The position numbers and the translations under genes are program-made. A stretch of 56,049 nt of DNA from Intoshia linei (Eukaryota > Animalia > Orthonectida). Position 1 is the stretch's first letter, and every line of letters begins with the position of its first letter. The notes below the pieces were generated by a model. That model made no database searches, was not told where the DNA came from, and saw only the letters and a program-made list of their open reading frames with translations. The DNA lies in the NCBI GenBank assembly GCA_001642005.1, contig LWCA01000092.1, positions 1-56,049 on the forward strand, in the 5' to 3' direction. Below, one piece after another: positions 27,229 to 39,800 of this stretch.

Positions 27229-29004
27229 ATGAATGACAAAGTTTCTTTTGTGAAAAGTTTTATTTCTGGAGGTAATTTTTGATTAATTTAATAATACACA
27301 AAATTCTTGGAAATTTTGGGGTGGTGGTGAAGAAAAGGGTTATTTTAAATTTATAGTCACTTTTATTTGAACTCAATTTCATAAATCATAAGTTCTGTAA
27401 CAGTGGGTTTCCATAGAATTTTATTAATATATATTTTGAAGGCCACTGAGGTCTCTTTTTAAACTTATTTTAAGTTTAAACATAGGGATAGCTGGTTGCG
27501 TTGCAAAGACATCTGTGGCTCCATTGGATAGAATTAAAATATTATACCAATCTCATCACATTAAATATCATCAATTAAGCATTATAAGTGTTGCTAAAGA
27601 AATCTATCGAGATTCCGGGGTGGCAGGATTGTACAGAGGAAATTTGATGCAAATGATGCGCGTATTTCCGTATGCAGCCATTCAATTTTCCAGTTTTGAA
27701 AAATATAAACATTTTTATTCATTTATCAAAAATGAGCACATTCGGAAATTGATATCAGGATCTTCAGCAGGTTTATTAATACCTTGTTATTGATTATAAA
27801 TCATAATTTATGATACTCATTAAACTCAATTGATTAACCAATAGAGTCGCTATAGCTCAAATGAACATTATAAGATAGATTTATAATCTTTTCATTTCGG
27901 ATACCCTCACACTACTACAAATAGTAGTTTTGTTTAAATATAAGTAAAAATTATTATATTTATTTACAATTCTTATATGGACTCTAGTGGCCGGTGGTTC
28001 TTTTGTTAGTTTTATAACGCTGACGCGTATTTTAAATTGTAAAAATTGATAGTTGCTAATAATTACAATTAGTGGGCCGACGTCCTAGGTCTCGCCTAGT
28101 CCATGTCTAGACTACTATACTTAAAACTGTCCACGGCTTTGGTAGCAACTACATTATATATTATTAAAAATTTAAAATATATAATTTATTTTATTTATAA
28201 TTATAAAAATAGGTGTAACAGCTGTAATATTTACCTATCCTTTTGATTTTATGCGTTCAAATATTGCTTATGGAAATGTACCAAAATCAAATTGGAAAAA
28301 CCTGACTATGAAATACGTTTCTTTTTTCTATGGTCGTGGTATATCATCGTTTTATTCAGGCTTGGTAGCAACTTTGATTGGAATGATTCCATATGCTGGT
28401 TTGTTATTAATGAACGAGTACAAATGTATTTATATTATATCTGTCATTTTGAGGGTCGTTTTCGTCAAATATTTTTAGGAACTGATTCATTGTCCCACAA
28501 TAGGGCCTTTACAACTTTAATTTACAGTCCGCGTTATAGTATACTATTTATATCCATGTTTAGGTGCATCATTTTATATATTTGAATCCTCTCGCCAATT
28601 TATCATTAAAAACATTACACCCCAAATAGACAAATCCGATATAAAAAAAATTTCCATTGTCAATGCAATTTCAGGAAGTTTTGCAGGGATTGTAGCTCAA
28701 ACAATTGCGTAATTATCAATTTTATTAAAAAAACTTTGTTTAGATATCCAATTGATGTAGCGCGTAGAAAAATTCAAGTGGCAGTTATTAGTGGTCAAGG
28801 TGAAAATCACAGGTTTTTTAATTGTCAATAAAAACAAAAAAATTTAGTACAATAAAAAAAGCATTGATAAATACCTACAAAACACACGGGTTTTCTAGAG
28901 GTTTGTTCAAAGGAATGTCAATAAATTATATACGAGTGATTCCCATGATTTCCATGTCATTTACAACCTATGAATTACTGAAAAATTTAAAAATCAATAA
29001 TTGA
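27229..29004 (+). CDS. SLC25A16: Mitochondrial CoA carrier (Graves disease carrier protein)
   Basis: Exons 27229-27271, 27486-27770, 28213-28398, 28564-28708, 28744-28812, 28848-29004. GGIAGCVAKTSVAPLDRIKILYQSHHIKY, RGNLMQMMRVFPYAAIQFSSFEKYK and three Px[D/E]xx[K/R] motifs (PLDRIK, PFDFMR, PIDVAR). An in-frame ATG at 27142 could add 29 aa. Confidence 0.92.
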
Positions 29005-29038
29005 ATAATTTAATAGTACTGTATATAAATGTAAATTA

Positions 29039-29478
29039 TCACTTGCATTCTCTTAAATATGCTATTAAATCTTGTCTTTCTTTTTTGCTTTTGATTCCAA
29101 CGAATACCATTTTAGTTCCAGGAATAAAAGCCTAAATAATATATTTGTATAAATTAAAACTGAATAATACGGCGGGTTTTTTCAAATAATTAAATAGATT
29201 GTCATCAGTCCAAGTTATACCTAAATATAATCAAAACGTTGCAAATAATTAAACCTTTGTCTTTATTTGCTTTGGTATAATCGTAGTCCTTGGCTTGTCC
29301 AGTTTGTCGACCATGAACTTGGTGAAGGTTGGGACTAATTTGAATTATAAATAAATTTAATTAAAATCAAAATAAACCCCTGTTTATGAGGACTTTCCTT
29401 GTCTGTGGTATGGCAAGTAGCACACAATTTTTGAAAAATTTTTTTTCCTTTCTTGGAATTTCCTTCGTCACAAGACAT
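29039..29478 (-). CDS. CYCS: Cytochrome c, 107 aa, 4 exons (not in the ORF track)
   Basis: Exons 29478-29378, 29334-29255, 29220-29171, 29131-29039 give [107 protein letters not shown]; CxxCH and the Met80 motif are present. Confidence 0.97.
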
Positions 29479-29691
29479 TTGTTTTAGATAATTAAATTTA
29501 AATTAATATATAATTTTTTTAAGTAAAATGTCGAATATATAAACAAATGTGGAGGTAAATCGTTTATGGTCTACTTTATTATTCTATATTAATATGGAAA
29601 CAATGTTTACAAATTATGTTGCAAACTTTGCAATTTGCATTTATTGCTATAGATATTTAACATATATATTTGTATTTTATTTTTAAGTGAA
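29479..29691. promoter_or_regulatory. Putative compact bidirectional promoter between CYCS and ZRANB2 (213 bp between ATGs)
   Basis: Divergent start codons at 29478 (-) and 29692 (+); contains the inverted repeat ttgcaaa-c-tttgcaa (29619-29633) and ATTTGCAT (29633-29640). Confidence 0.55.
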
Positions 29692-30728
29692 ATGAAAAAA
29701 TTTCGACAATCCCCGGGAGATTGGAAATGCCCAGATGAAGAGTGATATTGAAACAGTTGTTGTATAAGTTATTTATTTGTGTCTAGTTGCGGCAATATTA
29801 ATTTTTCAAAACGACTTGAATGTAATCGTTGTGGAAAAGGTATACACATTTTTGCAATTTTATAAAATGTACAGACAAGCCATATGTCCAAGAAAAAAAG
29901 AAGGACGGGAAAGTAGGCCAGAAATTTGCTATTCGTAGTAACGGCTTGTTTTCAGCTGAGGATTGGCAGTGTAAAGGGTAAATATACGGTAAGTGTATAT
30001 TTATGATTCTTTTCAGCTGTGGTAACATTAACTGGGCCAAGCGAAACACTTGCAATGTTTGCAACAAAAACAGATTCGAAAAACCAGAAAACAGAACCGG
30101 TAACATTAATTTTTAAACCCATTACATATTTATTCGTAAGGAATCGGAGGAGGTTATTGCGAGAGAGACGATAATGTTGAGTATAACAATCATGACGATA
30201 CTATGGATACCTATGATGAGGTTGTAGTAATGTACAATTTCAATAATATATTAGTTTGGATTGATTAAAAAAAAGTATCGAAAAAAAGACGACGCTCCAG
30301 TTGTTGTAAACGATATGAAACGAAACGTTTTTGAAAGGTGTAACTTTTAATGCATTTTTTAGGAAGATATACCATCAGAGTCGGAACATTCTTCAAATAT
30401 GGGTGACTACGATTTTGATGACATGTCTGAATCTGACACTGAAACTGAAAAGATTAAAGAAACAGACGAATCAGTGGTCGTAGAAACTAAAAAAATACAA
30501 TCTGCTACCCAAGACTTTCCAAAAACATCAGAATCAACTGAAAAGGATTTTCAAGAATGTCGCTTAAATGATACACACACTAGGTCCAGGTAACTTTGGT
30601 AAAAGATGTGCCGAAAATGTTCTTATTCCATAAAAAACCTAAGCCCATCTATAAAAATATGTAGATCTCGGTCCCCTTTGATGCAAAGAGAAACGTTAAA
30701 CATGGACTCGGAAAAACAGAAATGTTGA
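29692..30728 (+). CDS. ZRANB2: Zinc finger Ran-binding domain-containing protein 2 (splicing factor)
   Basis: Spliced frame [34 protein letters not shown]...SNGLFSAEDWQCKGCGNINWAKRNTCNVCN...ENRTGIGGGYCERD...YDEFGLIKKKYR; two RanBP2 fingers; small GT-AG introns; stop TGA at 30726-30728. Confidence 0.93.
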
Positions 30729-30843
30729 CAAAAAGACAATCCGTATTTTATCAGTATATTTTTTACATCATTTTAGTACCAAATTATGCACGTGGTTAAA
30801 ACATTTATTGTGTATTTAAATAAATCTTTTTGATTATTTTCTC

Positions 30844-33800
30844 TTATACCGCATGGATGTAGAAAGGACTTCCAACAATGTGATCGTCTCCTAATTTATA
30901 AAATTAGTTTTATATATTTTGATTCATTTTTAAAGTACCCCATATAACAGCTATTTTGTATTGTCCTGGTTCAGGAACTCTATAGTTTATTACATAGTGC
31001 TGTTTTTCTGTGTCGTATGTTACATGCAAATCTTTACATGGCAATTTTCTTCCACATATTCCGATTAAGAGTGTGTTATGTCCTAAAAATATAAAATTTA
31101 TTGATATATTTTATTCCACTTTTAGTGAAATCAATAAAAATTTTGTTCTTACTTATATAATATGCTTTCTTTATTTCAATAACCACCAGTCTTAGAATGT
31201 TATAAAGTCTACATTTCTATTACAGTTTTTCCGGGGTGTTAGTAAGATAAATTTCAATCTCCAAAACTTACATCTGAAGGACTAAAATTCTGAAACTGAA
31301 AAATAGATAAAAATTATTATATACTATAAATTTATCTTAATTTTTAAAATATAAAAAACTATAAATTTTTATTTTATGGGTAAAACGTTTGCATTATGAA
31401 ATCGATTGTAAAAAAATTTGAAATCGCCTATCCTAATAAACTTTTCATTGTTTGACATCAAAAAAACAAATGTCCGTTAGCAATACAAAAACAACCAGTC
31501 TGATTTAATTAAGAATCCATTTAAAATTAGTTTTGTCGGTTTATTTACACGAATTGAAAACTCCTATGGAGAATGAAAAAGTGAATTATTTAATTTTGGA
31601 GATATACACTTACATAAGGGTTTAATTTAAGTCAAACTGAATCACAATATATTTTGAAGGCATTATTAAATTTAAACAGCACCGTAATAATAAAATTAGA
31701 GCAAATTAAACGTATCTTTACGTAATTATATATCAAAGAAATTTACCTGCATCTTTACTTTCGATGATGAAAGAGTTGATTTTATCAATACAAGCATTCA
31801 TAATACCATTTCCATAAACATTAATTTTAGAAGAATCAGAATCATAACTAAATAATTTGTCGCTATTTTGTTTATTTGCAGTTATATTGAATGATGTTTC
31901 ATACAACTCATTACTGACTTCTTTGAGTTGACAAATATCTGGTTTGTCTAAAACAACTAATAATATTGGAACAGAATTGACAATATTAGAATTATAAAAA
32001 ACATTGAGCCAGTAATATCCGCTTTTTTCAGGAGTATATTTGAATTGAAATACATCATCCGTTTGTTGACATAAAAAGTTAATTTCAGAGGGTCCGACAG
32101 CACGCACAACCATTATACCGTTTACATAGATTCTAGAAATATCAACCATAAAAGTGGCTTCTTTACCAACGGTGGCTTTAGTTAAACCGTCTCCGTAATA
32201 TTTGATTAGTGAAGCGTCTACAATAAACCCAACATTGAAAGTAAACGGCGATTTTGGAATTAAACAACCATTAACGTAAACATTCATGAAATGAATTCCT
32301 TGGACAGTGGGAGTAAATTTAGCGTCTATATTTTCTTTTCCGTCAGTCATTTTACGTTTCAATTCAACAAAAAGTTCTTTATTTTCGGGAGTCACCACTT
32401 TAGCCTTGATGACGTCGTTTTTTCGGTAATGTGAAATGGTGTATTCCATTTCATTGTTCACATTGCTTATTGAATTTCTTGAGGCTGTTACTTGAATTTC
32501 CTTAAGATAATCATCATTATCAGCAACTTCAAATGTATACGGCGATTCACTTATTTCTCTATCATTAAACAAAACTTTTATTGTGTAGGTTCCTGCCCTT
32601 TTAGCCATAAACTCACATGGTATCATGATATCACCATTACTAATTTCCATTTTTTGTACCTTTCCCTCACTATCGTCTTGATCGTATCTATTATTCATTT
32701 TTACATAAGACGGATGTTTTCCAGTTAGAGTCATAACAATGTTTCCTTGTCCAGCCTCCACCGCATGTAAACTAAACAATACTTTTTGTCCTGCAATGAG
32801 CGACTGCAAGGGATCAATAATCAATTTAACTTTTACTTCATCAAAACTTTCCAATTCACCCAATTCAGGTTCTTTTTCAGATCCAATATTAACACTAAAC
32901 GGACTTCCACTCACTGGAATGTATTCGTTCAAAATTGAAATTGTATACTCTCCAGATTTTTTAGGCGTAAATTGAATATCAAATTTGGTATCATCAACAT
33001 ATTCGAAATTGAGAGGAACCAATTCATTATCAGGGTCATACAAATGGCCATTTAAATTGTTGACATCGATGGGTTCACTTACCCAGAGCGATAAATTAAC
33101 AGGCGTATTTACTTTAATTTCTGGAATATGACTTTGATCGTAGAAAGTAGACTTTTGAACTTTACCATCTTCCACAACTTTCATTGTAAATGGACTTCCA
33201 GGAATATGTTGGTCAGCAAATAGAACATCTACTTCATAAGTTCCCAAAGTGTCTGGTAAATATCGAATATAATTTCGACACGGTGAATGTTCGTAATTGT
33301 TCAATTTAATTTCAGATGGTCCAGTAAATTCGATTTTTAAGTTGCCTAATCCAGCATTACTAGAATTAACAATAAATTCATTTTCTACATTGACAACACT
33401 TTCATAAATTCCATCTCCTTCAATTGTCACTATACTAGGGTCGCTAAATACGTTTATCTCAATTGGTGTATTTTTAAGAGGCTTTTCGTTTTCCAATAAG
33501 TGCAACAAATGTATACCCTTTTCGGTCGTTTCAAAAGAAGTTGTCAAATTTCCAAATTGATTTTTACCCAATTCGCAGTATACTTGTTTTTCAGAGGGTG
33601 TAGTTATGTAATAATTTATTTTATCTAAATCTGCCACAGAGTACTTGATTACTTTGCCGTCAATGATTAATTTGTTCATGTCATTTGATAAAATGGTAGC
33701 TTCATATAGAGTTTTGTTAATTACTTCATTATTAATCTCAACCATTATTTGGTATTTACCTTCTTCCTTTGGTATAAATGTGCAAATTAAATGTTCTTCA

Positions 33801-36800
33801 GTAACTTTATCATATTGAATAGTTGTTTTATCTGGTCCATCTATTTTAATTTCAAATTCAATTCCGGAATATTTTTCATTTAGATATAAATCGAAGACAA
33901 CGGGCTGATTTTTCAAACCGCAAATCACTCCTGGTCCAATTAAAGTGCATTCATCTGCATCATGTTCATCAACGACGAATGTTATGGGATCTTCAAAAAC
34001 TGTTTTGTTTTTGGCAACATATTGAATTTCATAATTTCCAATTTCAGTTGGTATGAATTCTAATTGATATGCATCGTTCACTGCTTCGTCTTCGTTTACT
34101 TGGACAACCTTAATATTACTGGGTATTTCTTCTTTAAACGTTTTTTTAGATTTGTGTTTTGATTTTTTATCTGATTTAGGTTTAGATTTTTTATCTGATT
34201 TAGGTTTTGATTTTTTATCAGATTTTGATTTAGCTTTTTTTGACTTTTTAGATTTTTTAGAACAGGAATCAGAACTAAAACTTGAGCTAGAACTTGAACT
34301 GGATGATGATTTATCCTTACTTTTTTTATCGGCATAATGGAAAACTTTAATATCTGTATTTTGAATGTCTTCACAATAAGGTAAAAGTACTTTTATTTTT
34401 TTTGCGTTAACTACGTCTACTGTTTTAATGTTGTATATGGGGTTTCCAATCGGCATGTTGTCTATCGATGCACACAAAACCAAACTGTGGTATTTACTTT
34501 CAGGAGAAAATGTGCATTTATAAATTACTGTATCTAATCTTTTTTCAGATATTTCTTGAGGTTCGTCTTGTTTGACGCAGACACATTCAATTTCAGTTCC
34601 TTTAATATCATAAAATATCGCTTTCACTGTTCCTTTATTATAATTTTTCAATTCAATTTCAAAATTGTTTGGTTCACATACTGCAGCGAATTTGGTGTCA
34701 ATTATTTGTCCAATTATAGCTGACTAAAAATTCAAAATAAAAAATTATCTTAAGCTTTATAATAAAACTCTAGTAAAGCAATTATCAATGCAGGATCGCA
34801 GGAATTATTAGAAAATTTTACTATTCAATTTGTATAAATAAAAAAATAAATGTAGTGATAATATTTTGGAACGTCATTTAATGTCGTAATAATGATTATG
34901 ACGTACTAAATGATTATCACGTAATTATGACGGGGTAAACAGATAATTCTTTTAGATTTGAAAATCTCAGTAAAATATACATTTTACAGTATTTAAAACA
35001 ACCCTACATCTTATAATTTTCGCCTTTAATCGAAGAATTTATAAATCAATATAAAACTTTTGAGGAGCAGTAAAATAAAACTTTCTAGTTGTTTTTATGA
35101 ATACATTATTTTGGTATGAATTTTTTCAATTATTTCTACATTTGTAAAACAAAACTATTAATGGATCTTTTTTATTTAAAACGTAACGTAAAATATTACA
35201 TTTTTGACTGTTTCTACAACTTGCATAGCTTTTTCAGTATCATGAACTTCAGAAACAATATTTAATTTCATAATTTCTTTCTTGAGTATCAAATCTGTTA
35301 TAGTAACATCATATTTTCCGATTTCGGGGGTAGTGTACCATACTTCTGCAAATTCTCCACCTTCTACCTCTTTAATTTTGTATTTGACATCCTTTGGACC
35401 GTTAAATTTGAAATCTAAATTAATAGATCAAATATTTATAAATATTTGGAATATTATTAAGTGTAAATTGTTAATATATGTTAGTATATTACAAGGGTTC
35501 TTAACGGTGGTCGATTTTTCTCAATTTTTATATTTTATTTCACAAAATGCATAATCTAATAAAAATTTTTTAAGGTCAAAAATTATTCTTCGTCATTTGA
35601 TTAAAATGTTAACGTCTTTTTCTTAAATTTCATAGCTAAAATAACATACAAAAGTATCACTTTTTTAAGATAATTATTGGTTATATGGGTCGATTCTTAA
35701 AAAATTGAGTATCAGTAACAACTTGTTACTAACATGTAATTGAAAACACTCACTATAGTAAATTTTATCAATTTAAAAAAATGTGATTTTTATTTTGAAT
35801 TATGGAAGGGAATTATGGTCTTAGATGCGTTTTAAAATTGAGAAGCCCTGGTATATCATAATAATAGGTATACGTCACCTTGTCAATAATTATTTTGTAG
35901 TGATAAAATTCAGAATATTACAGTTATATAGTGTATTACATGTAGTTTACTAATCGAAAAGGGATTATTGTAAAAAAATAAATTTTGGAGATTTTGTTAT
36001 ATTCAACATCTCTATCCCTGTCCAAATTTAATTTTTTTGATTATTTGCAAAAGTTAATAATTGCAGAAACATTTCAAAATAATTTCAAAACATCTCACTA
36101 CACCAACTCTGGTCACACTGTGATAATTATCACAGTAAATATTAATTAATCACATATTATAATAGACAAAATTCGATACTTATCCATTTATGATTTTTAT
36201 AAATGGTTTTGAGATGTCATTAAAAATTTTATTTTAATTAATTAGGTTGTTAAAGACAAACCTGTTTTTTAAAGTTTTAAAAAAATTCCCCCAATCATAA
36301 CATAACGCATCAGTACATTAATCAAAATAACCTAAAGAGTCACTATCTTTGCATGCGACAATGAAATAGTTTTCAACATTGGCTTCACTGAATGCAACTC
36401 CAGGACCATATGCAGCAATGTCTGTTACTAAAATCTTTTCAAACGCTTTTCCAATAGGAACACCACCAATATCCAAACATAAGGTATAATTATCAGCTTT
36501 GACGGGTTTGAAAGACAATGCCGTCAATTTTTTTCCATCTTTCACAATTTTTTCAACTTTTGATTCACATTCAACGCCTTCAGAATCTGTAACATTAAGG
36601 TATAATGGAGCTTCTCCTGATTTGGACGTATCGACACAAAGTGTATTATAGTCATTCAATTTTGCAATATGGTTCTCTAAGACAGGTGATTTTACAATAA
36701 CCTAATATAGTCTATTAATATTATAAAAAAATTTATATATAATTATAGTTGTATGAAATTAAAATTTAACGAGCTAACTAAAATTCCCTCTCAGAGCCGA

Positions 36801-39800
36801 ACCTGTCATGTTACACCTGTAACCAAAAAAATTTAATCAATTATGCCCCAATTTTTGCAAATGATACAGAATGATATATGACCCATAGCATCATACCCAA
36901 AATTCTGGAATCGATCTTTTAAATTTGACGCACAAAACTGCAACAATGTTGAAAAATGAGACGGCCATCTTACAAAAATTTCGTCAAATCTAAGCTCCAT
37001 TATAATAGAGCTTATTAATAATTATTATTGTAAACAACAATAACATATTAAATAGTACAACAGAAAAAATATAATAACGTATCAATTTTATGTGATGAGA
37101 ATTAGGGAATGACATCTGATTAATCGAAAACCCGGTTAATCGCTTACAATAAATAATCGTAATATATTTCGAATAATCGGATTTTCAAAAATTTCATAAA
37201 TAATCATAAATTTTTCAGGATTTACAAAATAAAACCATGTTCAGTCTCACTCTTGATGAATATACTGAAATTAATAATCGAAATTACATGAATATAAATA
37301 TTTATACATATAATATTCATAATATTCTTAAAATATATAATACAAGTTTGATCAGAATTTCTGGATCGGCCAAATCAGAGAAATGTGTACAAATTGTTAA
37401 GGAACAAATGTTAGAATGTGAACTTGACATAAATAAAGACATCGTTTGTGCCACAACTGATGGAGCCAGTGTAATGATGAAATTATGAAGGAAATTGTTT
37501 ACATCAAACTTTTTTTTCCCATGCGATACACTTAGCTGTGTGTGATGTCTTATATTCAATAACCGCAATCAATCAATCAATATTTTCTAATTCTAATAGT
37601 GAATATTCATGTAATGATACATCTGAAGAAAATAGTGAAAAAAATATCATACATTCCAAAAATTGTGAGATTATTTCGCAAATCATATGTAAAAAATTAC
37701 TGTCTACAAAGCCAAGTTATTTGACACATAAAAAAGAAGTGAAATTAATTTTTGATGTAAAAACAAGATGGAATTCTCTTTTGATTATGATTGAATTTTA
37801 TTTTAAAAATTTTTAAATTCCGATTAATCCGATAATCGTTGTTCAAATAACCGGAATTATTCGATAACCGGTTTTTCAAATTTTCGAATAATCAGGACTC
37901 TATAATGAGAACTATCAATTCTAATTCTAATTTTTTTTATATGTCGTTAATAATTTAAAATGATCATTGTTTACATTTCTCTAACTTCTTGAACAGTGGG
38001 AATAATTCATTAATTTATATTACTTAAAATTTAGAATATTCTTAAATCCAGCCATTTTTACTAAAAATCAAAATGTACCAACCTTAAGGAAAAATTCACT
38101 TCTACCAATCATTAAAGGAAAAAACCACTTTTACAAACATTTAAAAGAAAATTCCCGTTTTACCATAAATTTTGCATCAAACAATCTAATTCAATACACA
38201 AAACGAAAAAAAGAGCGTGCTTTAGAATCGCATATCACGTTGGTAAGAGTGTATTTTTCCATTAAGGGTGATAAATTTTGATTTTTAGTAAAAATGGTTG
38301 GATTTAAGTAGACGCCCCTTAAAATGTAATAAATTTGAAAAAAACTTCTATGTCATTACTTCAGGTTATCATTTCTAAAAATATTTCGGTTATGTGTGTC
38401 CCATCCCATTACCGAAGATAACAATTGCAATTGAATTATTAATGTACCTTATTTGCGTCAAATTTGATATCATCCGGTTTGGCATACACAACATAAGGAC
38501 TACTCGATATATTTTCATCTTTGATGGTAACGTAAATAATGTAAATTCCGGATACCGAAGGAGTATACGTAACTTGTTGAACATCGTCCAATATTGAAAC
38601 TAGTTTGTGCTCACATGTAATATCTGACACAATTTTTATTTCTAAAAGTCAAAATATTAATTATTATTCATAAAGTATCAAAAGTGACTCAAAAAAACTA
38701 AAATTTATTAACTCTTAATAATATATATGTTAAAATTTTGTAATGAAATTATGCTTATACTATGATAATATAAAAAAAATACCGACATCTTCTTTATTTT
38801 TGTTAGTATCAATTTGGAAGCATGTCGGATATCCAGCAATAGCTCGTTTAATACCTGGACCATAACATTTAACATCTGAATATTTTTCTTCATCAACAAT
38901 AATTTCAAAAGGAGAAGAAGTTATATTAACATCTTCATATTTAATTTCCAAATAGTGTTTTCCAGGTTGTTCAGATGAATAAGTAAAGTAATGATCACAT
39001 CGAATTTTATCAACAAATTCAGGGTTGTTTGCTATATATTCAGAGTCGACGATAATTGGATCAATTTTTACAAATGATTTGTCGGGTTTGATTAAATTAG
39101 CAGTCATTTTTCCTTTTCCAGCATTTTTTGATTTAACAAAAACTTGAGCTTCCTCTTTAGTATTCAAACCTTCATTTAAAACACCTTTCCCAAACGCTTC
39201 GCATGCAGCAATATTAATAACGTTTTCTTTTGATTTCAAACTTACAACTGTAAAGAAGGGTGACCCATATACTTCATTATCATTATAATAAATGTAGATA
39301 TAATAGTTTCCAGCCAATTTTGGTACAAATTCGATAGTAAATTTCTGACTCTCAGAGTCATACTTCATAGTATTTTCTATAACATCATTAGATCCAGATT
39401 TTTTAACATTAATTTGCAATTCTTTCTTTTCTCCTTCGATTTTTGCGTATAATATGGAAGGTTCTCCTACACGTGCATTTATTAAACCTGGGCCATAAAT
39501 ACGTACCGTATCAGGACTAGAAGGAGCAGCACACAACAAAAATGGACTTTCTGCTATAGGAATGTCAGTATCTTTGTCATCAATGTGTACTAGATGGTAT
39601 CCAGGTTTAGTCGGTTTGTAAAGTAATTTTAGGAATCCATTGTCTTCGATTAATAATTGATCCTTGTCTTGTCGTCCATCAGGCAAATCTATACAAACTG
39701 AATAATTATCTGCAGATTTTGTTGCATTAATAGGTATTTCAAAAACTTCAAATTTATCGACAACTTCTATTACAAGAGGTTCAGTACATTCTTTAAAGTC

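Noticed and set aside
5675-30728. Functional clustering (two splicing factors, two mitochondrial genes)
   Set aside because: The genes are on alternating strands with no shared motif seen; chance adjacency is sufficient.
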